Notes: generated by a model not told the origin, from the sequence alone. A DNA stretch of 64,000 bases from Geosiphon pyriformis uo1 (GCA_016748015.1 JAAOMT010000128.1:1185538-1249537); one strand, 5' to 3'; numbered from the stretch's first letter, positions 23,070-37,537 are shown. A program made the numbers and translations.

Positions 23070-23522
23070 AAATAATACAAGTAGGTTTCTTAATACTTTG
23101 GGTTGTGATAGTTCAGTTTTAAATATTCTTTTTCATTTCTTTTTGATTTTAAAGGTTTCTTGGGATATTTAATTTGAAAGTATGATTTAAAGTGGAGTTT
23201 GTTGGATAAAATTGGATCTATTGCTTGATAAGTTATGATTTTTATTACTTGATTGATTCTTTCCCAATATTAAAACTACTGTATATATACATGTTTGTAG
23301 TTCTACGAGAAAATACTTTCTTTTTGATATTTCAACCTGGTGCTTGCTGCTATCACCAGTTGGTGTTGGCTGCTATTGTGAACTGGTGCTTGCCACTATC
23401 ACGAGATGGTGTTTGCTACTATGTTAATCATTACCTTTCTAAAATTATTACTGTGCTATATTATGATTGAATAGTTTATATTATTTTTATGATTCTTTTT
23501 GCTAAATTCTTAAACCATAACA
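23070..23522 (-). repeat. 5' LTR of Gypsy B (visible part)
   Basis: It matches the left LTR over ~200 bp and ends CCATAACA followed by the ATGT TSD. Confidence 0.82.
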
Positions 23523-23526
23523 ATGT

Positions 23527-26500
23527 ATATACATATTATAAACTATAATTATATATATAATACATATTATCTAATAAAATTTTCAAATTTGTAATTTTAT
23601 TAATAATAATAGTAATAATTTTTTTGTTTTAAAAAATATGTTTATTTAAATAATTATTTTTGTTGTTAATTTAATAATAAAAAATACTTTAAAAAAAATA
23701 AAAAATTGTAATTAATTTTATAAAATATATAATTTAATAAATTAAAAATATTTAAAAATAAATCAAAATATGTAACTGTTTTATCAAATTTTTTAATCAT
23801 ATTTATAACAATAAGATTAATTAAATTATAACAAATTTTAATTTGTTTAATAATTATATAATTTATAAATTAGATTAAAATAAAGTTTTTTTTTTAAAAA
23901 AATATTTTATGATTTTTTTTTATTAAATAAAATAAATAAAAAATAAATAATTATAATAAGATATTAAATTTATTAATATAATAAAAAAACTTAAAATTTA
24001 ATAATTTATTTGTTATTAATATATTTATTAATAATATAAATTATATTAGCAATATTTATAAAATTATACAAAATATTTTAATATAAGATTTTTTAAAATA
24101 TTGTTTTAAAAACTATTTTATTTGTTCAATTATAATAATTTTATTTAATTATGTTAATTATAAAACACTAATCAAGTAAAATATGTTAATATTAAAACAA
24201 ATTTAATTAAAAATTAATTGATTTTTTTTAGATTTTATAAATTATTTTTTGGCTAATATTAATTTGTTTAAAAAACTTAAAATTATATTAAACAATATTA
24301 ATTTGTATTTTTTAGATATAATAAAAATACAGTAAGATTTTTATAAAAAAACACAATTAGAATATACAAATTATGTTCTATTTTAGAAATATTTTATTAT
24401 AGAGTTTTATAATTAATTGTTAGAATTTTTTTATATTTTTTTATATTTATATAATTTTTTTCTAAGTAAATTTTGGTTTTTTATATTAAAATTTTTTTTG
24501 TTAATTGCTTTTTAAATCTAATTACTTTTTTTAATGCTTTATATGCTTTTATAATTGTAATTATAGCAGGTAAAAATTCTTTTAATTTTTTTTTCGAGTT
24601 ATTAATTATATTGATTTTAATTTAAGCATTGGCTAAAACTATATTTACAATTTATTATTATTAAAAATATTTTTAGTGATTAATAATTTATTAATTGCTA
24701 TAATATAATTTTCGATATTTTTGATCAATTGTTATGTATTTAATGATAAATTGTTAAATATATTCATAAAATTGATGTTTTGGATCCTTAAATTTCTAAT
24801 TTTTAATTATAGAAAAAATATCTGTTTTTTGTTAACAGTTTTAAATTATAATAAATGTTACTTAAAACCATAATTGAATAATATAATTAATTACTTGTTT
24901 TATGTTTAATTTATTTCTTAAAAATAAATTAATATTAAATAAAATTATATAATATACAATAATAATAATACTATATATATTATATTACTTAAATGTTTAA
25001 TATTAATTTTTTGTTTAAATTAATATAAAATATGTTGACAATATTAATACTTATATTTGCTTTTGAAAGATTTAATAATATTAGTATTTATTAGTTGAAA
25101 ATATAAATTAATATTTGAAAAAAAATAGTACAAAGTAATATTGATTAATTAAAATAATTTTTTTTTAATTTAAATATAATAAAAAAGTACATTATTAACT
25201 AAAAATAATATATGCTGATTTTGTATTTAAAAGTATTTATTTATATATTTAAGCTATATTTTAGAATTAAATTTGTAAATTATAAATATATTAGAAATAT
25301 TAATTCCTTTAAAACATCTTGAATTTTTTATATATTTAATTACTAAATATTGTAATTTGTAAAATTTAATTGAATTTATAACAAAAAAAATTATAATTTG
25401 AAATTTATCTTATAAAAATCCAATTAATTTAATATAATAATAACAATTGGTAAATATAATATACTAATTTTTTTTTATATTTTAATATTTTATAAGTATT
25501 TAATTTAGTTTTATACAAAAAAATAATTCTGCTTTATTAATATTATATATGTTAATAAAATTAAATTTAAATATAATAGTTTTTAATTTTCTTTATTTTT
25601 TGGTAAATTTTTAGTTGATACACTTTTTGTTTTATCATAAAATTAATAAATATATAACTGGTTTTATTTTTTGAATTTTTGAATCTATTTATTTAATAAT
25701 TGTATTTTATTTTTGTGTATATTAAGAAATTTGGCAAATTTTTTTCCTTTTTTTTTAATTAGTTAATCATTAAATTTAATAATAATTGCAGTTACTTATT
25801 CTATTTAATAACTTAAAACTTGGTTTAATAATAAAAATTTAACACTTTTGTGTCAAATAAATCTTTTTAAAATTTTATTAATTTTAATATTTAATTACTT
25901 TGCATGTTTTTTGATTATTTTGGAAACAATTAGACAAAAAATATAAAGTTTTAGATATTTATAATTGAAGTAAACTACAATATTATTATGTTTATATCAT
26001 AGTAATTTTTGGAATATTAACAAATTTTTTTATAAAAAACATTATTAACTATTATTTATTTTTGTTTTTTGAATAAAAGTTCAGATATTATGATAAATTA
26101 ACAAGTCTGTTAAAAAATGTACTTATAACATTAATATTAGATTTGGTTTTAATAAATCTGAATTAAAATATAATAAGGGCTAAGTAATTGTATATAAAAA
26201 CAGATAAAATCAAAAAAAATAAGTTTAATATAAATTAATTTAAAAAAAAGTTAAGATAAAATCAATTTAATACATTTTAAATTTTTTTTCAATTACCAAT
26301 TAATATCTAATACGTAATATTTGTTTTTATATAAAAGTAAATTTTGAATAAATATTTGATAAAATTATGTTCTTGTTTTTCTATAGATTGTTTTTATATA
26401 TAAAAAAATTGTTAATTAATTAATTGGTTTTATAAAAAAATGTTTTTTGTAAAAAATCGTTTTTTTATTGATAATTTTTTTATAAAGATCTAATTGTATT

Positions 26501-27950
26501 AATATTATTAAAATTTATATTAATAATTTTGTAAAATATTTAAATTTGTAATTTATATTGAATAAAATTATTATCTTTTTTAAAAACATTGATTATAAAA
26601 TTACTATTAAAATATTTGGTTTTAAAATACATTAATAATAATTATATATATTATATTTATACAAATAATATAGCTATTATTTACATATATAAATTTAAGT
26701 TGTTAAATAAAAAACTTAATTATTAAAATAAATACTTAATAAAAAATGTAAAATTATTAGAATTGTTAATTATAAGTAAATTAAATTAAGATTAAAAACT
26801 ATTTTGGTATTTTTAATAATAAATTAAGTAATTATTTAGACAATAAATCTGTTTTTTTAGTTATATTTTGTCTATTATATTGTTTAATTATTTTTTGTAA
26901 AAACTTAATAATATAATTATTTTAAAAATACTAAATAATTTATATATAATTTATATAAATTTATTTTTCTATAAAATTAAGAAAAAAAAGCAATTTTAAA
27001 TTGCAAAATTAACTTAAAAGCTATAATAAAAATTAATAAAATTGAGAATATTTTTTGTTTAATATTTTTTTATTGGTTTTTATAAATAATATTATTTAGA
27101 TTGTTGGTATTGCTATTATTCAAAATAAAAAAGTTTTTGTTTATATTCAAATTATAATTAAGTATTATAATTAGTATAATTGCAATAAAACTAATAAAAA
27201 CATTAAAAAAATCGAAAATATCAATATTTTATTTTTTATAAAAGAAAACGAACTTTAAATTAAAAAGAATGATTTAAGAAACACATATTTTTTAAGTATT
27301 TCAAAAAGATTGGTAATAGTATTTTTGAAAAAAAAATTGTTTTTTTGTTATTTAAACAATAGTAAAAAGAATTGCTTAAAAAATAATTTTATTATTGGTT
27401 TGTTCTTAAAACTTCTTAAACTTTTTATGATAATAAAAATTACATTAAAACTGGTTTTAGTTAGTTGGTTAAAAAAACTTTGAATAAGAAAAACTTTTAT
27501 TTAAAGCTAAAAAAAAATGGTGTTTCAACAGTTAAAAACTGCTTGTGTTTTTATTATTTAAGAAAAACATATTGTTTAATTGGTTTTATTTTTAAAAAAA
27601 CTTCTTAAATAATAAAACTGTTAAAAACAATAGAAAAAAAAAAGTTTTTTTATTCTTTGTTTTGGTTGTGGTTTATAAAAATACAAGAAAAAAAGATTTA
27701 TGGTTTTTTGCATTTAAATTTGTTACAAATTGAATATAAAATAAAATAAAATAAAATAAAAATACTTGTTTATTTATAATATTTTACAATAGTAACTATT
27801 AATAAAAAAAAATTGTAAAAATTGTAAAAATTATAATTACTATACAAATATTTACAAATTCTAAGATAAAATATTTTATTAATAATGATTTATAGTATTT
27901 AAAAAATAGTAAATTTTGCTTTTGTCTTTAAATTTGTACAATTTTGTTAA
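23527..27950. other. Extremely AT-rich non-coding desert (probably terminally eroded repeats)
   Basis: Visibly almost only A/T with no credible ORF. Similar tracts occur at ~9750-10650, 11135-11750, 38050-38700, 52200-54050 and 60870-62150. Confidence 0.6.
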
Positions 27951-28636
27951 AATACGTACTATTAATAACCTGGGAAATTAAATTTATTTATCTAATTATT
28001 TATATTATGCTCATATTAAAATTAATTCTGCTAAGCTTTATTACAGGAATTTTTACCAAGCAATTTAATATAATTAATAACATTGTTATTTTCTTATTTT
28101 CGTTAAATATGTCAAAAAACGAGTATTTTATAAAAACAAACATAAAAAACATCGTACAAAATCAATTGTGATATTTTGCTGCAAAATTTATACCATTAGC
28201 AAACTGTTTTCTGTTTATTTATTACGAGTTGAGCTATAAAACTCAAACGTCTTGGTCGGATTTAAGAATATAGTATTATTACTAATGTGAAAAAATCGAA
28301 TCAGCAAAGCATATAAATTTTAATTGAATTTTCCTTTCAAAGAGGTTAGATTGCTTCGGGTGAATTTCAGGCTCGTCGAAATTAAAGAATTGATTTCTCA
28401 ATGTATTACGAAATTCATAGATTCTTGCGTGATATTCAAATTCTGACTTTTGAATCATGCCCAGAAGCATGATGTAAATGAGATCGTACAATTTATCTAT
28501 ACGAACAAACTCAATATAGGCTTTTAAATAGTATGTCTATTTCTTCAGTTTTTATAAATCGTAGATGCTCCTCTCCTCTTCTTCATATCCTCGTTCCTAA
28601 ATACATATTTTCATTTCCCAAGGGAATAATTTAGTT

Positions 28637-31600
28637 TCAAATTAGACTAAGTAAATCATTATTGTTGTTTTGTGAAGGTGCTGAGGTAGATCCCACTGAA
28701 GACGAGACTGGTGGACTTGGATTAGAAAAGCTAGTATTCTCAGCAAACAATCCCAAAAGATCATTAATATCTGTAGGTTTGGGTTTAGATGCTAATGTAG
28801 GGGAGGTCGGGATTGAGGCTGAAGTAGCTGCTGGATCTGAAAAATCGAGATCTAATAAATTCTCGATATTGTCCTGAACTTGCACCTGAATCGGCGATTC
28901 TCGGGCCGCTTCTTCTTGTTCCCTGTAAATATTTAGTGGAAGAAAATGCATCAATTTATAGAAATTCTAATAGTAATGGACAGATCCTGATACATACTCA
29001 ATAGCTTGGCGTTGAACTGCATCAGCACCAAATTTTCCCCTCCCAAGAAAAGTTTCTGGCGGTTTATGATATACACTGGCTAAGGTTGATATATTGCTAA
29101 GGAGTTCTTCCAGTAAGGGATCTGATATTGATCGACTTTCAAATGATATCGGTGGTTTATCGGATAAAACTACAGCCTAGAAATTTGTGTCAAAGGCTTG
29201 GGCTTGTTAACATAAATATGTATTGGCTGTTTTAGTATTTTCTCACCTTGGCTGCTTGTGGATCAGTAGATAATAATCGCCAATATACGTAGGCTCGATC
29301 TCGAATATCTGGATTATCACAATCAGAGGTAGCAGTTTGCAACACTTGTTGAACAATGTCTTGCGTTTTCTGTGGCTTTTTTAAAAAAAGCTTCACAGTA
29401 GAAGTCAATAATTGAAGTTGAACCTATGAATTAAAAATATGAATTATGTTATTGGTTCTCTAATATCCAACTTTGTAAAAAAACACGGGATTCTCAATCG
29501 TTCACCTGTGAATTTTCATCCCGGAAAGTTTCCAGAAAGCTTATCAGGAGTTCATTCGCATTATCTATTCTCTCAGCATATTCTCCAATAATCCAAATTA
29601 ACGACGCCTTGGCCTCTGGTTCATCTAAAGCATCGAGATTTTTACATAATGTTGGAATAATGCCCTCATATTTATGCGGATATTTTCTAAATATGTCCTA
29701 CAATCATATAAATATCTGGTGTTTAGAATTATAAGGTAGCTCTTTATTATTCACCAATATCAATACCTTGATTACTACGATAGCTTCTTGTACAACGTAG
29801 TTGACTTTAGTATTTGCTATATCTGACATTGTATTACTGGAATTGATCAAATCCAGCAAGACATTCACACATCTTTCAGATGCCTCTTCGATCTTAATGG
29901 CACATTGCCCAATAGCTCGGACCGATTTTCGCACGAAATCGACATCCACCTCAGAAGCGTATCTGAAGAGTAAATAAATGAGTGGATCTTAATTTAAAAT
30001 ATATAAATACATCACAAAAGCTTACTCTTTTAATTCCGATAACAATTGATCAACATTTTTTTCACTTGCTAGCTTAATCATAATTTCGAGCTTTTCGAGC
30101 TTGACGTATGGAGGATCGTTATATTTACAGAAAAAGACTCGCATTTCGTTTTGTAATATATCAGGCCGTTTTTGCAATATGAGGTTAATATTTCGAAGCG
30201 CAACATATTGGACTTCAGGTGCTGAAGATAGTAGAGTCACTAGTAATAAAAAGTTCAAAAGAAAATAAATCAGTCATTATCCTAAAATTGGTACATTATT
30301 CGATTGAATTTGCGAAATAATACTGTTATTTCAAACCTAGGGGAGGTGCCATTTTTCGTACTAATTGACGCACAAGGTCTTGATTTTTTATTACCCTCAT
30401 GTAAATCATCACAACCTACCAAGAGGAGCAAGCACACGTTAATTCGAATAAATATAGTTTTTTTAAAATAATTGCAAATAATAACCCACTTTGATTGCTG
30501 ATAATACAACGCTCCCGTTGACATGTTGAAACTGTGGGACTGCTCTTTCAATAATATGTTCTGCTTCTTTCTCATCAACTGGTTTATAGTCCGCCAGAGC
30601 TGTCAAAATGGCTATACGACCCCACCTTTATTGTATGAGTAAAAGAGTTTTAAATACTACCAAAGAAGTATGCCAATAAATATTACCACTAGTGTAGCAG
30701 CAACACTCACTCGGTACATTCGTTTAAGGCAACCAGAAGTTTATTCAGCATCGTCCCATTAATCAGAAAAATATCTTTTGTCTCAGATGCATCATGAATC
30801 TCAGTGAGGGCTGTAATAGCATTTGCAATAACCTTTATAAAAAGAGTTAGTATAGATAAAGGAGTTTGATTGCAAATAACCAACTTCAATAAAATATTAC
30901 CATAGGATTTGAATCAGACATCATATCTTGGACAGTCGTGACAAACCCATTTTCAGTAGCTAACGTTGGATTTAGATCGTAAAGTTTTGCCACGCAGATG
31001 GCTGCTGTCTTTCTTACATACGGATTTTCATCCTAGATTTATCCCTGTAACGTCAGCGATTTGAAATACAGTCTTCAATCACAAAGATTAGAGAAAAATG
31101 GGCAAGAAGAGGCCTTATACATACCTTCAAACACTTTCGTAAAGGTTCACACAGATAATCAATAATTTTCTCGACGCGTATGCACCCCATAGTTCGAATG
31201 GCTAAAGCTCGAATCAAGGGATTCCCATCGTCAGTGTCCTATAAGATAATTGGATATCAAGCAGAGCGCACCAAATAAATTGGAGTTTATAAATATTACT
31301 CATCAAACGCATGAAGCTAGATACCTTTACAAAAGTATTGACCGCCAAAATCACTAATTCTGGCTGTGTCTTTGCATAATTCATCAGATATAAATAGACC
31401 AATTTTTTCTGTTCCAAATCGTCAGTTTGCATGTTTTTCAGGACGTCGGGGAACAAACCAGATACATCTTTTCCTACTGTCATGTTGGCGATGACTTTTT
31501 TAATTGCATCCTTTCGGCGGTCACGGTATTCACTGTTGAGATCGGCACGAAGTTCATAATTTTCACCTATTACCGGAGAAAATTTTGTATTCAGAAGCTG

Positions 31601-31793
31601 GGAAAGCAAGTAATCACGAGAAAGCAGATTTTATCTCAAATGAGAATTGATTCTCGGGTCCTTTATTCTGAAAGCTTGGAACCCGATTTAATAAAAGGGG
31701 AAATCTTGAACTCTCTTTGCAGAACACAACTTTTCAGTTACCTTTTTTAGTAGTGGCGAAAAACTTTGGCTTAGGAATACGGAAATCTGTCAT
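28637..31793 (-). CDS. APL2: AP-1 adaptor complex beta subunit (beta-adaptin), multi-exon
   Basis: [17 protein letters not shown]|[12 protein letters not shown]...[50 protein letters not shown]; [15 protein letters not shown]; [17 protein letters not shown]. The C-terminal hinge has an LLDLD clathrin box and DLL motifs and there is no ear domain. AP-1 rather than AP-2 is assigned from recalled fungal sequences. Confidence 0.9.
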
Positions 31794-32336
31794 TTTCGAA
31801 GGTTGAACGTCTTCAACCAAATTGGTTCTGGGATTTATATAAAAGACAATGTGCATTATGAGGTCACTTCCTCTAACCGGAATTGATCTCTCTGATCAGC
31901 TTATTTATATCATAACTGGGTTCTACAAGAATAAATTAGATCTTTTGCGTTACTCGAAATAATGGCCTTCCCAAATCTTCGCCGAATTTTTTCTTCTTTT
32001 CGAACTCCTGAAGAAGAAAGGCAAATATCTCGCGAGGCTTTTTTCAAGTTCGTTGGATTTGTGGTATCATGTATTGCTATCACCATGTTATCAAACAGAA
32101 ATAGAATGAAGGCTATCAATCAGAGCTAAACTTAATTCCTTCGAGGTTGTTCAGTAAGTTAAACCCAAAGTTTTTAATTTGCGATCAACAAACGAATGAT
32201 CAAGAATTTGCGCTATTATATCAAAGGTACAAAGATTGCAAGACGAATTGAAATCCTAACTAGAGCTTATGAATTGTTAACATTAAATGGTAGCACCCTA
32301 ATATTGAGCTATCACAGAAATAATATTAAAGGGATA

Positions 32337-34317
32337 TTAAGAAAGGGAGTTAATTCCCCGTGATGACCGAGCTCGCCTCCCTTTTAACTCTTGTTCATTA
32401 ACAATATTATTCTTATCTAACGAGCTCACTTCTGATGCGAGCTCCCTAGCTTTGCGAATTTTGTTGCACTTCTTTTCAGTCGGCTCGCCTGAATCATTTT
32501 ATAAAAATGACAAGGTCAATTTAAGAAAAGTTGCATAAATAAATTCCGAAGATATTAATTAATATTATACCTTTTACACCTAATTCTTTGAGGATCATCT
32601 TCAATTTCGCAATTTGTTCATCATGAGACAAATTTGCCAAAAGGGTTTTCCTAAAATAGAAATGTTGAAAATCCGCGCTAGCTTAAAGATCCCAAACGGC
32701 GCGCTTTTTTCTTACCAGATCTTTCGTACACCACATTTATTGATTAAAGACTTCAAAGTCTTAATAGTTTCGTCTTCGGAGGCCTGAGACCATTTCGCAA
32801 GTTTAGTCAGTCTGGAATTTACCTGCTTGATATATAAAAAAGTATGGCGTTACCGTGTTAGCTTTTGCAAAATCTCGACGCTGTTCGGAATTTAAAGGCT
32901 TTTCTCCATCGTCACTTGGCTGATAGTCATCAGCACCATCGTCCATTTCGATATTTGTACGCTTTCTCGGTTTGGTTGATTTTGATTTCCGCTTTGGTTT
33001 TTCTCCTTCCTCTTCATTTTGGTGTTTTCTAGTACGTTTTTTTAGTGTTTTAGTCTTTACAATTTTCGTGACCACATTGGATTTTGTTTTGAGCCTAGGG
33101 GGCCCTTCATCTTCCAGTTCTGAAAAATCATCGATATAGTTATCTTCCTTAATATTTTCTTTTTTTTCTGGGGAGCTGCTTGTGGATTTGGCTGCAGTTA
33201 CTTCCCCCTCTTTTTTGGGAGATCTGGAGTCGACTACCAAGTGATCCTCTTCATAATTTTCCCTCTTTGAAGGGCTCAACCCAGTCCCTTTCTCCTCTTC
33301 TTTAACAGATCCAGAATCAGCCATTGAACGATTGTCTTCTTTCTTCTTTGAAGCGCTCAACCCAAATTCTTTCTCCTCTTCTTTAACAAATCCTGAATCA
33401 GCAATTGAACGATTATCTTCTTCCTCCTTCTCCTTCTCCTCCTCCTCCTCCTCCTCCTCCTCCTCCTCCTCCTCTTCCTCTTCCTCTTCCTCTTCCTCTT
33501 CCTCTTCCTCTTCCTCTTCCTCTTCCTCCTCTTCCTCAATGATAGTACGTCTTTTTTTGATAGTCTTATCTTGACCTATTGTTGCCAAACGTTTTTTTTC
33601 CGTCCCAGTCTCATCATCGGAATCGACCGCTTTTCTTTTGGCACCAAGATTACCTTCTGTATCGGAAGGAGATTCAGTCACAGCCGATTTTTTTGAGGTG
33701 GATGATTTAGATTTTGCTTGGCCGGTAGGTTTTCTATCTCGCTTAGAGTTTTTCTTCGATGGGATGGCTTGGGAAGAAATAGGGGTAGTTTTTTTCAAAG
33801 GCTTGAGTCCATTTTTTGAGGCTAAAGCCTTTCGTTTTGAAGTGGTGGTAATTCTCGTAGAAGATGGAATTTTCTCTTCCTCAGGCTCTGCCTCGTCTGT
33901 TTGCTCGTCGCTATTTTGAACTCCCTCCTCCTCTTCCACTTCTTCAGATTCCTGAGTATTAAGATAAATCAAGAATTTTTGAGCATGGGAAATACTCTTC
34001 TAAGAAAAACCACTGAGAAGCGCTTAAAATATACATTTGAAAAGAGCGTCTTAGCCACGATGTCTTTAATTATACTTTTCCAATGTTCATCGTCCAACGT
34101 ATGCGTCTCCAGGTTAAGTTGCTTTTCAACTTCACGACGAACATCCTTTTCACTAAGTTTTCTATGCCGTGAAAAGATAATTAGTTTTTCAGCTACTTGA
34201 ATTTGAAGGAAAATGTACAAGTAACGTCGGGATTAAAATGAAAACGCGTTACTCCAGGTCTGCTTCACGAAGGATCTCTGCACAGACTTGTCGTAATTTG
34301 TTCTCGTCAACGCTCAT
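32337..34317 (-). CDS. HIRIP3-like histone chaperone (N-terminal DEK-C-like domain, poly-Glu, C-terminal CHZ-like domain), multi-exon
   Basis: MSVDENKLRQVCAEILREADLEKLSEKDVRREVEKQL; an acidic/basic low-complexity middle; C-terminal LKSLINKCGVRKIW...LKELGVKGEPTEKKCNKIRKARELASEVSSLDKNNIV. Confidence 0.75.
33416..33537 (-). repeat. (GAG/GAA)n trinucleotide repeat encoding poly-Glu
   Basis: Long tcc/ttc runs on the plus strand give about 35 consecutive Glu in ORF 32803-33972. Confidence 0.95.
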
Positions 34318-34649
34318 CGTTTTTAGAAAGGTTCAGGGCTGAGGATATTTGTATAAAACAATAAATAGTTACAGCTTCAAAAGCTTTCGAAAATATGTGA
34401 ATAGGTGGTGTTAAATCTGAAGTTTGGAAAAGTTTTTATGATAATTCATTGATCTGATCCTGACCACGTTTTGGCAAAGTGTAAAGTCAAGCCTTGTGTA
34501 ACGGATAATCGAAAAGACAAGAATCAAATATCGAATATGGTAAAGTCAGAAATTTTAACTCGCTCGGAGCCTTCTTCGGTAAAACCGTTTATCATCTATT
34601 ATATAGCCGTATTCAGAGTAAGACTCTCATAAAGGTATTTCCGAAAAAA

Positions 34650-37065
34650 ATGTCAGATAACGTGCCTCATAAAAGACAGCGCGTCTCTAAAGCGTGCGAT
34701 ACGTGCCGTCGTAAGAAAGTTAAAGTATGTATTGCAACACCCTTAAGCTGTTTTACCTTAAAATTTTTGGCAAAATTGAAAAATCCCAAGCGTAGTTAAA
34801 CAGTATTTTTCAACCTGCAAAAGTGTGATGGAGTTCAACCCCGCTGTGGTAATTGTGGAGCTTTTAACTTTGACTGCACGTATAATGATACAACAAAGAA
34901 AAGGTAAGGTATATAAAGCTCCCCATCTTCCAACTTCGCTTTTTCTTAAAAACGTTTTTTTAAGGGTATATTTGCTATTCTCTTCATATTATTTTCTGTA
35001 TTTTACTTCGACAGAGGTCCACCCAAAGGATACATTGAAGCCATCGAGACCCGGCTTCACAGAATGGAATCATTGTTAGGTGGACTAGTGCAGAGCAATG
35101 ACCCTCGGGCCGAAGCCGTGCTAGCTGAGTTAATGCAAGATGATTTGGGGACTAGTCTACGTCGCTCATCAACTGGTCGGCCTGATTATAGTTCATGGAG
35201 CTTTAATAGTTCGAATTCTAACTCTGCCCCATCTCCATCGGAAAGTGATGCTGCCCAAAAAGATAAATCTCTTGTCTCCTCCTCATCATCAATGGATTCA
35301 TGTGAAAATATGAATGGAAGTGATGGGAAATCAGTAGAGGATCTGAATGAGGTGATGGGAGTGTTGAGTATAGATGAGAATAACCAAGTGAGGTATCATG
35401 GGCGTAGCAGTGGCTTTTATCTTTTGAAAAAAAGCAATAAATATAAGGATGGTGTATTGAGAGTACTAAATCAAGGTTCGTATTGGGGCCCACGGCAAGT
35501 AGTCGCCTCTAATACTGAATTCGAGTTATTAAAACATCCCGAATTGACCGAACTCCCTTCCAAAGAAATTTTTGAGCATCTCTTTGAGATTTATTTTACC
35601 CATATTCACCCAATTATTCCAATAATATACAAACCAACTTTTTTCAATAAATTAAAAAACAAAGATAATCTTTCACATCTATTGTTAAATGCAATTTTCG
35701 CATTATCTTCAAGATATTCTGATCATTCAGAAATCAAGAAACCTCAAGAAAAACCAGAAACTGTAGGATCTATATTTTTCGAACGTGCAAAGGCATTGTT
35801 GGATTTTGAGTATGATAACTCTCGGCTATCTACAGTACAAGCTTTGATATTATTAAGTCTCCGAGATTATGGCACTGGCAAAGTTTCGCGAGCTTGGATG
35901 TATGCTGGAATGTCAATAAGGATGGCGCAGGATATGGGGTTGCATCGTAATACCGAGAAATGGGATCCAATCAATTTTAGTCATGAAGAAAAAGAGACGC
36001 GTAAACGTGTATTTTGGGGCTGTTTCATACTGGATAGGTAACTATAAATTCAATGATAATAATAATTCTTTCCCTATATATCTTTAGCTTAAGTTTATAC
36101 CCAAAAAATAGAATTTCAAGCGCAAATATTGGTAGACCACTTGCAATTGATGAACAGGATGTCGATGCTTCATATCCATCGGAAGAAGAGGAAGATGAAA
36201 ACGAACTTCTTCCTTTTAAAATGGACCATACGGATTATTTTGTTTCATCGCCCATTTTCTCATCCAAGAGCATTGAAGGGTTGCCCACTATTAAATCATT
36301 ATCTATACCAACCTCGTCTAGACCTGATGCGACAATCCAAGAGTCTAAATACAAATCACATTGCATTTCACATTTTAACGCTCTGGTGAAACTATGTGAA
36401 ATTATTGGAAGAATAATTCACAACATTTACGCAATCCGATCAACCGCAAAATCAAATAAGGAATCTGTCCTTTCCATTTTAGATTCCTCACTTACCTTAT
36501 GGTTCACTACTTTACCTGCACATCTCCAGTACAATCCCGCGGCAATTGATAAACCTCCATCTCCTGTTACAATTACCCTTCACATAATGTATTATTCTAT
36601 TTTGATGTTACTTCATCGACCTTATTTACCGGCAACAAACCAATCTCACGATAAATACACATCGGCCGCAAATTCTCTTACTGATTTGGCCGAAATCTTG
36701 GTAAAAGATGGCACCATGCAATATACAATGAACTCGACTGTGTATGCGATATTTATGGCAGGTGTTTTGCACACTTATAATGCGACACAACCGGAAGCGA
36801 ATGTATCACAGCCCGCTAAAGCCAACCTCGCCAAATGTCTTAAAGCGTTAGAGGAATTAAAAAAGACATGGGTAAATGCTTACAAATATTCTGATTTGCT
36901 TATGGAACTCGCCGATCTCAAGGATGTAAAGTTTGACTGGTTAACCGGTAAACCAACTAGTCGTGGAAATGAAAAAGGTGAAGATTCAGGACATGGAAGT
37001 CAAATTGGGTGTGATGTTCTTGTTGATAATAATCAGCGTAATCTAGCCCCTGCTTTCCAAGGCTT

Positions 37066-37099
<34 letters not shown>

Positions 37100-37537
37100 G
37101 CAACATGTGTAACACCGATTAATCTTTCCTCCACTTCTATCCCGTCACCACACCTAAAACGAACACAAACACCCCCATCAACACCGGCTTCCTCTTTTAC
37201 TTTTACTCCTATGTCTATATCTTCATTTTCCCCACAACACCAACAGACACTGAGTCATGTACAACGCCTCGCTCCTGCAAATCAGACGTTCAATCATGAA
37301 TTTAGATATTTGTCGATGATAAATCACGACTCGCAGCATGATCCCCCTTCAATGGTCCTTTCTAATCCTTATGAGACGAATGATATTTCGGGAGATAATA
37401 CTAATAATATCCCGGGTACTTCTAATGCTAGTACAAATAGTTTGCATACCCCATCGAGTTCCGGTTATTGGGGAATACCACCAAGTGCAGATCTAGCCCA
37501 ATGGCATTCTTTCATGGCTGCACAACAGCAATTATAA
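34650..37537 (+). CDS. Zn(II)2Cys6 fungal transcription factor with fungal-specific TF middle domain, multi-exon
   Basis: RVSKACDTCRRKKVK|CDGVQPRCGNCGAFNFDCTY...KR|GPPKGYIEAIETRL. The middle domain reads TVQALILLS...AWMYAGMSIRMAQDMGLHR...RKRVFWGCFILDR. Confidence 0.93.

Larger units (their letters stand above)
15138..23522 (-). mobile_element. Ty3/Gypsy LTR retrotransposon, family B, full length but gapped and locally mis-assembled (gag-CCHC, PR, Cys-rich domain, dUTPase, RT, integrase)
   Basis: Termini are TGTTACGG...CCATAACA with ATGT on both flanks. The LTR segment 15552-15756 is repeated from 23070. Motifs: CHFCKRVGHLISQC, LDSGSAG, SRSSLA/GVIDSGYTG, MPFGL/YLDD, integrase SDQGTHF...PYHPQTNGLVER. 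Confidence 0.93.

Noticed and set aside
27944-28491. Small ORFs at the desert/gene boundary (also 31910-32119, 47959-48234, 53302-53484)
   Set aside because: They have no recognisable motifs and an AT-driven composition, and are probably spurious.
33332-33574. Poly-Ser and poly-Arg/Lys ORFs
   Set aside because: They are alternative frames or the opposite strand of the poly-Glu repeat.
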